Shown in pieces: positions 27,381 to 40,792 of a DNA stretch of 64,000 bases (position 1 is the first letter of the stretch; each line of letters opens with the position of its first letter). The notes beneath the pieces are model-generated. The model worked only from the letters and a program-made list of their open reading frames with translations. It was not told the DNA's origin and did not search any database. This stretch comes from Haliotis rubra (lineage: Eukaryota). The DNA is taken from the NCBI RefSeq assembly GCF_003918875.1, contig NW_025765336.1:1178001-1242000 (forward strand), given 5' to 3'. A program made the position numbers and the translations under genes.

Positions 27381-30246
27381 TCATGTTTTATTAATAAAAT
27401 TGTCTGAGCATGTTCACCAACATTGTTACAATTTACAAACTTACACTATTTGGTTCAATAAATGACATGTGTTGTTGGAATAAAGCAGTGGTATGAAGTC
27501 TGACACATATTTGTGACCAGACCAAGTTGTCACAAGCACCTGCAACAGCAGATGATGGAAATCTCTCCCACTGAATGTGTTACAGCAGTTGATGCAGATT
27601 AACCTCCTTATATTCAGCTTAGGAACCATTTCAATAACTCACACAGACATCCACACATGTAGACACGCCAGAAGCACAATGAAACAGAGAATTAAAAAAA
27701 TACTTTTTCTAAATGTCATGACATTTCACTCATCTCATTCGTCGCGTCTGACATTTTTAAAGAATTTTAGGCAAATTAGAGTATTTAATAAAAACAAATG
27801 TTTGCCTTCTGGCTATTTTCAACACAGTTTTTTTTCACATCTTTCTACTGTCCTTGGTGATATATTAGCAGACATTCTCTTTAACATTTACAAATGATTT
27901 CGCATTAAAACATTACCAGTCCTTGTACTGCTAGCAAGTTCTAGAAAGCTATCAACCAAGTCATAAATGAGGTACATAACAAATTCTGACTCTAATTTTC
28001 CCTTAGACGTGTTCCGTCATATTCACTGAAACCTTTATTCACTGATGCCATTTAACAGTTCTTATATAAAAGTGTGATGGGTTATCGGGTGCTTAAGGAC
28101 ATCCCCTATTGTCATGATTTTCAAATGAGCAATTGTAAAACATGTCACTAACTTATTAAAGACAACTAAATGTTAAAGCCATCATCCAAGTACTGACTAA
28201 CCTGGGATATTACAGCGCAAGTAACCACTGCTGCCCGAACATGTGAGACATCCAAAACTCAATGTTCCAATGATACATGTATGTAACAATTTTATAAACC
28301 TCTGACAATATTCAGTCTTAGCCTAAAATATATATGTGGCACAATTCTAACATAAAAGTTCAGGGGCTTGTGATGCAAAAGCTAGCATCCATTAATATAT
28401 TGTCAGTGCTGGGGGTCTAAATGCTATATGAAAGGACCCTGGCAGTGACAATATTTACCTTCATTCTATTGTTTTGCATTACATAATGCATACCCCTTAG
28501 CGATACTGTTTGCTTGTCTGTTGTTTAACACTCAGCAACATTGCAGCTATATGGTGCTGGTCTGTAAATAATTGAGTCTGGACCAGATAATCCAGTGAGC
28601 GACATCATAAGCATTGATATACGCAATTGGGACACATAGATAATCTCACCCAAGTGTCTACTGATATCAATCATATCAACACGAGTTGATAAAGTTACAA
28701 ATATCTGAGGCTTGCCGAGTGTTGATATATTTGATATCAGAAGACACAAGGGTGAGATTCTATTTATTATAAAAAATCACTCTTCATTAGTTTTCAATGA
28801 AAAATGTACATCTCTGAACACGGTACTGCCATTAGACTTGCAGTGCAGTGATGTCAAAGCATTGTGACATGATCAAGTTTAAGACATCAGGTTTTTTTGA
28901 CGTCATAGCATTGTGAGTCATGTAATTGATGATGTCAATGGATTGTGATCTCATGTAATTGATGACATCAGGGCATTGTACAAAATCTACTGTCAAAATG
29001 ATATCTCCTAGGAGATATCAGTGATCTCAAACAAGCAACATCTCCTGTGGAACACAGTTTTGGATGATAAAGTACAAGGCGGTCATTAAGCATTCATAAA
29101 CAGCAGGAATTAAAGAAATACCTTTCTCAGTTATCCTGTGTATTATATTTCCTTTCCATAATGATCTACATACCCTGGACCCAGACCACACCAACTGACT
29201 AAAGCTTCAGATGTGTAGATGGTGGGTTAGCCTTGCGGTGAATGCATTCACTCATCACTCTCTAGACCCAGGTTTGATTCCCCAAATGGGTACTATGTAT
29301 GAGGATATAAACTGTGATATTGCTGGAACATTGCTAAAAGCTGTGTAAAACCAAACTCGCTCACTTGATAAGGATCAACAACAACCTCATTTTTAACCTA
29401 GCACAGAATTTATGTTGTTGATGAGTTTGAACTCACCAACAATATAAAGCTTTGTTAAAAGACTTTAGACAGATCGTCTAGCTAAAATTAAGGGCCTCAC
29501 CGAAGTGAGCCCTTAATTAATTCAAAACGTGAATTAAATGAATGTCTAGCAGGAAAAGATGGGGTTTTGCTATTACAAAACAGAAACAAGCCAGACAATC
29601 CCAGTCATATTTGAGATGAGTCAAGTACTTGAATGTTGAACTCAACCTACTTGTGATATGCTACTTCCCTATATAACAAATATCATGTGTTTCAATCTGA
29701 TGATTATCATCATTAATAAATGAAGAGATTGTGGGTCCATGGTATTTATTACAATGGAACAATACCCAGGAAAATCGAAGATGAGGTATATATCCTTCAG
29801 GCTAAAAACAATCTGAAAGACGAACAAACGTGCTGAAATTGGTCATGAGAACATCAGTCTCACACGTGCTAAAACAAACCAATGAAACATGTCTATTATC
29901 TCGCAGCAAAACAGACTTTAAGTTTGCATTATTGCTATTTAATTGTTATTTGAAAAAAATAGTATAATTGTACTACAGGTGACTTCTGGGTTATTGTCAC
30001 TTTTGCAATTGCATTGTTATGACAGCCCACACTCTTGTAATATTCAGTACTGCGACAGTTGTAAACTATTAGAATAGTAATATGGTAACAGTAAACCACT
30101 CCATGGCTGAATAGTTATATCAATTGCTGTAATAGAAATGAATACAGAGTTCTTTGCTTCAAAAACATATATTTTTGACCCAATCAATGGTAAAATGCAA
30201 GAGAGTACCTCTAACCACAAGATCTTGTAATCATGCTAATCACTAC

Positions 30247-30537
30247 TAGAGTTGTGACGATATATCGTAGTATCGATAACCGTGATACTTTTTCTGACAA
30301 TAAATATATCGATACTTTTTTCCGTATCGTGATATGTATCGTTGACCTTTAAATTGTGAATTTTCACCAGAAATTGACGGTTATGTGAAAATTTACAGTT
30401 TCTTGTTATCAAGATACACTTTTTTAAAGAAAATAACTAAAGATAACATATCGTGATATGCATCATATCGAATCATATCGTTCTATGATATCGCGATATG
30501 TATCGTATCGTAAAATTTCTGTATCTTCACACCTCTA
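30247..30537. mobile_element. hAT-type MITE (TAGAG..CTCTA), 8-bp TSD ATCACTAC
   Basis: TIRs, TSD and repeated TATCG motifs; related degenerate element at ~9250-9645. Confidence 0.85.
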
Positions 30538-31271
30538 ATCACTACTAACCAACATGTTTGAAATAGAATTTGTATTATCTATAACCCATTTCAAATATTG
30601 AAACTATCAACTGTCATTCAGTGATACCACTGGCATTTTACAAGTCATGTTGATATAAACAATTGCAATGGATATATTGCTACTCTTGAAAATAGTTCAA
30701 CCCATTTTAACATTGCTGAACAAAAACAAAACAATATATTTTCAAAATTCGAAATGATAACATAACCTCTTTTGTACAGTTTATGGACCCATACCATCAC
30801 TTGTCAAACACTGGCGTGGTACATGGTAGACACTCAACATAGGTGTAACAGTTCCCCTACCTCTGTATTGAAATTATAATCTCCTTAATGAGAAGATATA
30901 TCTTCCCACATCTGACAAATAACCACATCTGACAAGCTGGTCTATGAGGAAGCTGACACGCCCACACCCTTCTCAATCTAATTGAATAATGAGTCACATT
31001 ATTTAATATTTTTCACACGAACTGAACCATATCTCTAGTTTATATTTTGAATAATCACTCCATACCCTTCACTCTCACCATATGTGGTTATTTTTTTAAA
31101 TTTACGCACCTTTTTAAAATCACAATCAAAGGTAGACACGTCTGCTAATTCAAGTTTCGAATGACAACTTATTTGACACATCTGAACACTTGTCACTGTG
31201 TTTCGGTCTTGACTTCCGGGGTAAAGTCGCATTGTGGTGATTTTAAATGACTATCAAATGTAAATACTTAC

Positions 31272-31315
31272 TTAGACAGATGTTTCAAAATTTGATTTTT
31301 CAATAAGGACGCCAT
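31272..31315 (-). CDS. BLTP3B: BLTP3/UHRF1BP1-like (SHIP164) bridge-like lipid transfer protein, coding exon 1 (MASLLKNQILKHLS-K)
   Basis: ATG at 31315, GTAAGT donor, phase 2. Peptide matches the family N-terminus (MAGIIKKQILKHLSR). A vs B paralogue not resolvable; probably the single invertebrate orthologue. Confidence 0.9.
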
Positions 31316-33354
31316 CCCGAGTCACCTGCGACTTGCTACGTGTTCTCACTCATTTTCGCTCGAAAATCTCAGTTGCTATCGCCATGTCGTCTTCTAGCTG
31401 TCGCCGATAACATGCACAATAAATTATATATTCCTAGTGAATAAACAACTGTATTCGTTATGGTGTAGTCACATGTCAAACAATGTAGATCAAATAATAC
31501 AAAATAACACACACGTTGAATTACTTTACACATAATTAACTCGAGTTATCAATGTTAATGATGTATGCGGTCACAAAAGGGACGTAACTCTGATAAGAGC
31601 CCGACGTCAATACCTTTCAAAGGGCATCTAATCATAAGGATCGATTCCGAGCAACCACACCTTTACTTTTCATTGCAGTTTGTCAAAGATATTCTCGAGA
31701 CCCGTTGTATGTAATCTAAAAGGAGCGTTGCGATAATTACAAAACCGCACTCATTCTGTTTGAAACAAACTCTTCGAGGTCTGAAGCTCATGTCTAGTGT
31801 CATTAAGCGTCGAATTAAGCGTCGTAAAATCATAGGCCAACGGAGTTCGCTGACTCGATATTTCGATCTAGGTGCAGGTTAGTTCATATGAATAATGGTA
31901 TAGATAGTGCAAAGTCGACTAGTTATATACTGGACTAGGTGCNNNNNNNNNNNNNNNNNNNNNNNNNNNNNNNNNNNNNNNNNNNNNNNNNNNNNNNNNN
32001 NNNNNNNNNNNNNNNNNNNNNNNNNNNNNNNNNNNNNNNNNNNNNNNNNNNNNNNNNNNNNNNNNNNNNNNNNNNNNNNNNNNTTTTAACTGATTTGGCA
32101 TCTTTCCTCAAGTCCTTGATTTCTGAAATCTGCTGACGCAACGTGCTTGCCTCTGGATCTAGCTGAAGCAGCTCTGGATTCCAGTAGAAAGACATCACAT
32201 CCTTCTTCAACGGTCTTATTCCCAATCACTGTTGTAGCTGGCAGTCCGTCTCCAGAAAATGTTACAAGAAGTCTGTCCATCTCCAGAAAATGTTGTCAGA
32301 ATGTCAGTTCCTCTACAAGCAGCGATACAAAGATTCCAGCTTGTCTACAGGAATGTTTACATGTTCCCATGCCTTACCGTGCCTGTTGACTAGCGAATAG
32401 TCCATCTTACACAAGTTCATAAGTTCAAGACTATATAGTTTATAGTCACTCATTTTGTAACTTATTTTTGTGAAATCTTAAAATTTAGACCAAGATTTAG
32501 TCTTTAAGTTAATAATTCTTAAATGACCAACGTAGATCCAATGGCTTTCCTTCGGAAACATCCTTACTTAGAAAATTTAGATAAAGAAAGATGCTCTGTG
32601 TTCTTTTCATCAGTGTGCAGGAATAATAATATTCACACCAGGAAATAGAACTTAACAGGGACGAGGAATATTGAGATAAGAACATTCAGGGAGGACGGAA
32701 GATGGAGGACCCAGAAAAATGTATGGACGGACTGACATTCTGCAAATATATATTTTACTCTCGCTTCATCCAATTTGACAGTCCCGACTTAAATAACGTT
32801 TTCAAGCAACCTCACCTCATGTTATACTACTCAACATTTCACAAGGATATTGTGAGTTTGCATGTTTGGAGATGTATGAATGGGATGTGAAAGTGGCATG
32901 AAATTTATCCATGGCAAGTATTTATAGTACATACAAGTAAACATGGTTGTGTACGGGGCTTTGTTATATTCACTCAGCAGAAAATTGGTACTCGGTGGAA
33001 TAAGTCATATGCTTATTAACTCAGGCAGCTCAGGCAGCTTTGGATTTTCAGGGGTAATAATGCCCATATTGTTGTATTCGCTTAGAGCATGGCCGTGCTG
33101 TGTTGAGTTCAGCGATATATGTAAGTGGCCTTATTGTTATTGTTATTATAGAATGTTTACTCTTGTATGAATTGAAATAGAGTTTAATTTGCGTCAGGTC
33201 CAGACCATATCGCATCCTATTCATAAACATCATCTGTAAACAAGCAGTGAGATTTATTTATTTATCCCTATCAAATGTGTAGCAGTATTTACATTCTGAT
33301 ACCTGTTTCTACATCATCTTGTACAAATACCAAGTCTTCTTTCAATGACACACT

Positions 33355-34360
33355 CGTGAAGATCCGGGCTAGAATTGGTCTACAGCAACCCATACGTTTT
33401 GTTGTAGTCACCAGGTGTCTAACTGGGTCGAGTGGTCAGGCTCGCTGACTTGGTTGAAACATGTCATCGTATCCCAGTTGCGTAGATGCGTAGATTGATG
33501 CTCATGCTGTTGAATACTGGATTTTCTGGGCCAGACCGCCGCCATATAGCTGGAATATTGCTGTGCAGCGTTAAACACTGACTGACTGACTGAGTTTGGT
33601 TTTACGCCGCTTTTAGCAATATTCCAGCAATGTCTCGGCGGGGGACACCAGAAATGGGCTTCACTCATTGTACCCATGTGGGGATTCAAACCCGGGTCTT
33701 CGGCGTGACGAGCCAACGCTTTAACCATTAGGCTACCCCACCGCCCCACATTTTAATGAAAAACTATAGCACAGCTATAGATAAAATATGATGAATCCAT
33801 GAAAATAATATTAATATTTGAAGCATGTTGTCCGTGGATAGAAAATGTATAAATATTACACACAGAGTTACGCTTAGACGGCTACAGTCTTTATGAATCT
33901 TTGAATTCCCACAAGACCTATCGCTCACTTTTCACTCCTTAAATTGTCATGACTGCATGGCCAAGTCGTGAAGATGCTATCAATATCATTTATTAATTAT
34001 TTGCCAAGTCTGTCAAAAATTGTAATGTATGAACACACATTGCCAAATCTTTTAACATCAAACAATATAGATGTTGTGTAATTAATACCATAGCTTTTAT
34101 CTGAAATATGCATTCAATACCAATAGAAACTTAATATGTTACTAGCACCACGTGCAAGTAATCAAACTTTAATCGTACTATAGGCCCCAGGGCCAACACT
34201 GCTGAATAAAATCGATCTATATCACGGCAGGGGACACCAGAAATGGGCTTCACACATTGTACCCATGTGGGGATTCGAACCCGGGTCTTCGGCGTGACGA
34301 GCCAACGCTTTAACCACTAGACTACCCCACCGCCCCGCAGCGTTAAACAACAAACAAAAC
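33355..34360. mobile_element. Family 2 retroposon (+) interrupted by a composite SINE1-unique-SINE1 insert (33578-34336, minus)
   Basis: 13-bp direct repeat gcagcgttaaaca at 33565-33577 and 34337-34349. Confidence 0.75.
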
Positions 34361-36023
34361 ACAAATTGAGGGTCTTGGCTGCTGTGGACGATACTGTCAC
34401 GTCGTATTTATTCTTCAGACAACTCATTAAACACGGCTTGCTCTTCACAAACTAATGCCGGTCATGTAAGGTATAAATATATCATATTCTAATCAAAGTT
34501 AATATATCGGAAAACAGTTTATATTTTGTCATCAGGATCACATATTTCCATAGTATTTTCTTATTCTGTGACAGCTGTGAAGCTTACGATTGACAACACT
34601 TTTTAACACACGTGGTTAAATACATAACATTGTACAGACATTTGCATATCTGAGTAATCATGCATATGCATATATATTTACTGCGGTATGCCAGTGGCGA
34701 TATAATTGTATAAATTATCACCAAGAGTTGGTTAAAACAACAAAGCTAAGCAATGAAGACTCAGATTTAATTTCTCAACCAAAATTAAACAAATTAATAA
34801 ATGGTATTACAATTAACATGCTGTATGATAAGAATTGATGATTAGAGCATCAAAGACAAAGATCGTAACGTTGTCCTCGGTGTAACTATGGTCAAGTTCC
34901 TAGAATGGCCTACTCAGGTGGAACAAAATACCTTTACAAGGTAGATATGATCATTCTGTGATACAAGGCATCGACGGTGAGTGTCAGAATATATCAATCT
35001 ATATTTTAAAGAATCTAGACATATTTCAATCCTCTCATGTTTCCTAACTATCCCAAAATTGTAAATTTTGTCTGTTATTTTCGACTAAAACACAGGAACA
35101 CATAATGGTACTTATGCAACAAATTAGATAACATTTTAATAATGTTGACAGAGCTTAGGTTTCTTATTTTGCAACGCTGCATGTGATGAATGGTGTTATA
35201 TTTTGTACTCGTTCTGCAAATGAGTATGTGGTCGTGCAGTGGTCGTCACGATATGGGTGAAACATTGCCGATGTGACGTTAAATAATCACTCACTCACTC
35301 ACTCACTCACTCACCAGTACGGTGGACCACCACCTAATGGTAGTAAAGCTCACTTCTGCTCAGTTCCAAGCCTGGCTGGATGAACTCAAATGTGTCTGTT
35401 CGAAACCTTATTATTCGTGGGGGCGGTGGAGGTAGCTTAGCGGGTAAAGCGTTCACTCGTCACGCCGAAAACCCGGGTTCGATTCCCACATGGTTGAAAT
35501 GTGAAGCCCATTTTTTGGTGTTCCCCGCCATGATGTAGCTGGAATAATGCTAAAGGTAACCTCATTCACTCACCCACTCACTCACTCATTCTTATTCGTT
35601 CCTTACGTCGCTATCGGCAGAGGACGTCTGTCATTACAGAGAGTACTATTTTCATTCCGCCGATGTTTATACTTGTTTCGGGAATATTATTTCTAAAAGG
35701 TTTCTTCCGAACCTTTCCAACTGGTAGGTTCTATCAGAATTTGACATGGCCTGTGTTTCTTCAAAAAGATTTTAATGTCTTTCGTAAACTTTTGAAATTG
35801 ATCTATTGAACGTTTGACCGAAAATTCACTTGCGAAATTATTTCTCCGAAAGTTCTGGTTGGATCTTTTTAAATCTTTGTACAATTTGTCAGAAAACATA
35901 ATCCAAACTAATATGAAGAGGTGATTGGTCGGGTGCTTGAGGGGTAGATAATCTACCGTGTTGAAAACTACCCGAAATATTACTGAAAATACTTTTAAAT
36001 TAGCAAAGTCTTTGAGTATGTCT

Positions 36024-36207
36024 GACCCGTGAAGATCCGGGTTAGAAATGATTTTCAATAAACCATGCTTGTCGTAAGAGGCGACTAAAGGGATCGGGTG
36101 GTCAGGCTCGCTGACTTGGTTGACACATGTCATCGTATCCCAATTGCGTAGATCGATGTTCATGCTGTTGATCACTGGATTGTCTGGTCCAGACTCGATT
36201 ATTTACT
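36024..36207 (+). mobile_element. Retroposon family 2, 3'-truncated
   Basis: ACCCGTGAAGATCCGGGTTAG start. Confidence 0.85.
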
Positions 36208-37462
36208 TACTCAGTTGAAGTATATCTAAACGTATAAAAACAAAACGTTATTGTTAAACAACGTTTATTATTATTATTATCATGTCAAAGGTCAATGGTT
36301 TGGCAGCCATATTGAATTTCGAGCTTTAGAATTTATGCTGTTTTCTGAAAGTTAATTCTGTAAATAGCAATATCAACCAACTAATCCATTACATGCTGGG
36401 CTGTTATCGTGATCTTAACCGGAAAATGATATTTAATGGCCAACTGTGCCTGTTCAGTCGGAAATGTGTTTCTATCTGATGTTTGGTATTTACATAAGTA
36501 GCGAGAGGGTCCGTGGCAGATTGGCGTGGTGTACTTGTTTTATACCCATGTATCAGGATATGCTTTATGGTGAATTAGAGATAGCGTATTGTGATATGAA
36601 AAAAAATATTGATGGAACAAAAAAAGTGAATACGGATCGTTTTGGAAGATTTGAGTACTGCTACGTACAAGGTATGGTAAGGAACTGTTATAACGAACTC
36701 AAAGAGGCCGCTAATATAGCTTGTTATGACCGTATGAATACTCCATGCCTTTTAGACAAAAGTTATATTCAACATATGTTCTATGGGATTACAATTTCTA
36801 CATAGACAATGCACATGTGCCAGGATCCTCTTCTCGCCTTCTCGAATACCAAATTCGTCCTGATTATTTTTATCAGGTTAACAGCAACCTGTAGGCGTCA
36901 CCAAATTTCATATCTCACTCACTCACTCATAACCCACCCACTCACTCACGCATGCATGCACGCACTCACGCATAACCCGCGCACGCACGCACGCTCGCAC
37001 GCTCTCTCACCCATCCACCCACTCACTCTCTCACTCACGAAGTGTCCTTGGACAGGTATCCCGTGACAGCTGTTAAAATGAGCCCAGCCAATCATACAAC
37101 GCAAGTTACAGAGACATGAATGGTGTTCCTGATGGGTTTCCATAGCTAAGACGAGCACTATATATACGTCCAGGATTTGCAATGTTCGGAAGAAGACGAA
37201 ACAATATCAACCAAATCGGCAGTTGTACACACTAACATCTTTGAATACAACTGCAGAATCCGTCAAGTCGATAGATGGCATTTATAAAAAAAACGCAAAT
37301 TAGCAGACGACACTTAAACGGACATCACTGGTGGAATCAGCGAAAGAGGAGGACGACATTTGTGAAGTACTCTAGATTGGCAGACGACATTTTTACTGTC
37401 ATTCACTAAACAGACTACTGTTGATTCGGGGAAACAGGAGGACGACATCTGTGGAATCCACC

Positions 37463-38320
37463 ATGTCTGCGTGCAGGAAAGTAGCTGTTGTGACCGGGGG
37501 CAATAGAGGAATCGGGATCAGTCTGGTTCGTAACCTGTGTCAAACATTTGACGGGGCGGTCTACCTCACAGCCAGGAGCGAGGAACGCGGCAAGAAAGCT
37601 GTGCAAGATCTGAAGGCAGAAGGTTTGAATCCTTGCTTCCATCAACTTGATATCGACTCCAGAGACAGTATTTGTGATTTCGCCAAATATCTGAAGGAGA
37701 CCTACGGTGGAGTTAATGTAGTCATTGCAAACGGGTCTGTCAGTTACGAGAAGAACAGTCCCGTCCCTCTCTCGGAGCAGTCTGAAGGTTACATCCGCGT
37801 CAACAACATCGGCAACGCAAACCTCTACCAAGCCCTGGAACCTCTTCTCAGACAAGATGGCCGCTATGTCATTGTGTCAAGTGGGTTTGGACGACTGTCC
37901 AAAATACCCCAGAAGCTTCGACCAAAATTCCAAACTGAAAATAAGTCGATTGATCAACTAAACTGTGTCCTCAACGAATATGTGACATCAACCAAAGACG
38001 GCAGCTTCAAGGAGAAAGGGTGGCCAGATTGGCCAAACGTCGTCTCCAAGCTGGGCCTTGTAGCTCTAACCAGAATCATTGTGCGGAATCTAAAGGGCAA
38101 CCCTCGTCGTCTGCTCGTGAACGCCTCATGTCCCGGATGGACTGTCACAGACGCCGCAAGGTCATTTCTGGACGAAAGAGGGATGTTTGGTAACGTGAAG
38201 GCAAAGCACCCGGATGAAGCTGCAGTCGACATGATTTGGCTCGCCACGTTGCCTCCTGGAACAACGTCGCCACACGGAGAGCTGATTCAGTACAGAAAGG
38301 TCCTGTCGTATGAAGGGTAA
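37463..38320 (+). CDS. Carbonyl reductase [NADPH]-like short-chain dehydrogenase/reductase, 285 aa, intronless CDS, atypical NxxSK active site
   Basis: CCACCATG Kozak context; VAVVTGGNRGIG Rossmann motif, ARSEERG, HQLDI, GWP, CPGW motifs typical of CBR1-type SDRs; AATAAA at ~38520. Confidence 0.92.
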   Translation: MSACRKVAVVTGGNRGIGISLVRNLCQTFDGAVYLTARSEERGKKAVQDLKAEGLNPCFHQLDIDSRDSICDFAKYLKETYGGVNVVIANGSVSYEKNSPVPLSEQSEGYIRVNNIGNANLYQALEPLLRQDGRYVIVSSGFGRLSKIPQKLRPKFQTENKSIDQLNCVLNEYVTSTKDGSFKEKGWPDWPNVVSKLGLVALTRIIVRNLKGNPRRLLVNASCPGWTVTDAARSFLDERGMFGNVKAKHPDEAAVDMIWLATLPPGTTSPHGELIQYRKVLSYEG

Positions 38321-38960
38321 AGTGCCATGCATGTAGATCACCCTAGGTCATCTAATACAATGTTGAGGACAGCATTATGTCAGAACATTAAGTAATATAA
38401 CCTTTGATATATAATCAAGACAATCACGAAAGGTGTGTATAATCTGGCTGTTTGTGCCGGAAACATCTAATCCTTTGCATGTATGTTTTAAACACGCAGC
38501 TTGCGTTTCAACTAAAATGAATAAAACGCTGATAGTGTTGTGCATATAGCCATCTATTATAATGCATATTTTTCTGTTATATCTTTTTCGACTAGTTGTT
38601 AGGCATATGTCATAATCAGTTGACGAGATACACTTGTTAGGAACTCGTACGTGTCTTCCTACTGTCTGTGCCGAAGGAGTGTGTTTCTGTCAGAAATGAT
38701 ACAGCGAGCATACCCTGTACGTTTTCTTCAATATGACGTCAGTTTCTCCCCATCCTACATGTAGTGGATCTTAAGGCTGGCCCTACCTCGACTACTTTCA
38801 TTGTTGTTGTAAACACATGATATCTTAACGCCTTTAAAGATTGGGGAATACGCGTAGCTAAGATCTTTTCTTTAGCTACAACTTTACGACAATCTTAGTA
38901 CCAAGCAGTGATAATACATAGCTAAGGTTTTATTGGCTACGACAACCTTAAGACAATGGT

Positions 38961-39700
38961 AAAGTAACGTATGTGTGTACAGGTAACGTATGTGTGTACA
39001 AGTAACATATGTGTGTACATGTAACATATGTGTGTACATGTAACGTATGTGTGAACAGGTAACGAATGTGTGTACAAGTAACGTATGTGTGTACAGTTAA
39101 CGTGTGTGTGTACAAGTAACGTATGTGTGTACAAGTAACGTAACAAGTAACGTGTGTGTGTACAAGTAACGTATGTGTGTACAAGTAACGTACAAGTAAC
39201 GTATGTGTGTACAAGTAACGTGTGTGTGTGTACATATGTGTGTACAAGTAACGTGTGTGTGAACAAGTAACGTATGTGTGTACAAGTAACGTATGTGTGT
39301 ACAGTAACGTATGTGTGTACAAGTAACGTATGTGTGTACAAGTAACGTGTGTGTGTACAAGTAACGTATGTGTGTACAAGTAACGTATGTGTGTACAAGT
39401 AACATATGTGTGTACAAGTAACGTATGTGTGTACAAGTAACGTATGTGTGTACAAGTAACGTATGTGTGTACAAGTAACGTATGTGTGTACAAGTAACGT
39501 ATGTGTGTACAAGTAACGTATGTGTGTACAAGTAACGTATGTGTGTACAAGTAACGTATGTGTGTACAAGTAACGTATGTGTGTACAAGTAACGTATGTG
39601 TGTACAAGTAACGTATGTGTGTACAAGTAACGTATGTGTGTACAAGTAACGAATGTGTGTACAAGTAACGTATGTGTGTACAAGTAACGTGTGTGTACAA
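38961..39700. repeat. Minisatellite, 19-bp unit (AAGTAACGTATGTGTGTAC)
   Basis: Direct inspection; inverted shorter array at 43122-43297. Confidence 0.95.
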
Positions 39701-40016
39701 GTTTCCTTGAGTGCGTGAGCCATTGCGTGTGTGACTACCGCTTTCAGCAATATTCTAGCTAAATCCCGGCGAGCGGCACCAGAAATTGGCTTCACACATT
39801 GTACCTCTGTGGAAATCGAACCCTTTGGGATAACATTTAATTATTACGCCTAGGAGAGCGGTGGGGTAGCCTAGTGGTTCAAGCGTTCGCTCGTCACCCC
39901 AAAGACCAGGGTTCGATTCCCTGGTACAGTGTTTGAAGCCCATTTCTGGTGTCCCACGCCGTGTTATTGCTGGAATATTGCTAAAAGCGGCGTAAAACCA
40001 AACTCACTCACCCACT
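39697..40016 (+). repeat. Left arm of ~320-bp inverted duplication (two SINE1 pieces plus spacer)
   Basis: Near-identical reverse complement at 42694-43013, including non-SINE spacer and private variants. Confidence 0.9.
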
Positions 40017-40227
40017 CATATGCTACATGCTACACAAACAATGGAAATAGTTCGAATACGATTTCCAAATTAAATACCAACATATTACGCTGTTTCGCCA
40101 TCCTGACCAACTCCAATACCGGCCTGGAATGGTAGACCAATTGTAAAACAACCCACACTGAACAGTTAATGACGTTCATGTGGTGTAAAGATGTAAGGCT
40201 TAAGGGTCATTGCTGGCTATACATATA

Positions 40228-40792
40228 CAATGCCGTCCGGTAATTCCGCGCACCTAAGCGCATCGATCGCAACACGGCAACTAACGTCTCTTATTTTTTT
40301 AGGTTTACGTGACTAAACATGCTGGTATGCATCATTTTTACCTAAACTATAAGATTCTAACGTTGCATTATGCCATACGGTTGACCTTACCGGTGTTCTG
40401 ACGACATCGCTTACTGCGATCCGGTAATTCTGCGCAGCAACTGATGCGCTTAACATCCGGCTGGAGATCCGAAGTATGGAAGCGTATTAGGGCCAGATTA
40501 TTTTCAAAAATCACTTCATTAATGTAAGGAAGAGTGTTTCATATCAAATCCAATTATGAATAATTAAGAAAAAGGTTTAAAAGTCTGAAGAAAACTAATT
40601 TTTATAAAACTGTCAATTTATCTGTCAATTACTGTTATTTACTTACCTTTGGTGATTAAAAGCCAGTCCCTTGTAGTAATGTCTCGATTTCAAGCGTAAA
40701 TGTGGTAGCAGACGATGTTTACCTGTGATACGGAAGTACGCTATTGCAGCTGCACAGAATTACCGGACGCGCGGAACTACAGGACTCGCTTG
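40228..40792. mobile_element. Tc1/mariner-type MITE-like element, TA flanks
   Basis: Imperfect TIRs caatgccgtccggtaattccgcgc / gcgcggaactacaggactcgcttg, repeated subterminal ccggtaatt motif. Confidence 0.55.

Noticed and set aside
32084-32405. Coding-looking minus-strand segment next to a gap
   Set aside because: Stops or frame changes in every frame and no recognisable family; cannot be supported.
36446-36805. 119-aa ORF upstream of SDR copy 1
   Set aside because: GTG start, no recognisable domain or splice context.
37415-37855. 146-aa antisense ORFs over both SDR copies
   Set aside because: Antisense shadows of the coding frame.
38937-39795. Three overlapping His/Thr/Tyr ORFs
   Set aside because: 19-bp tandem repeat read in all frames.
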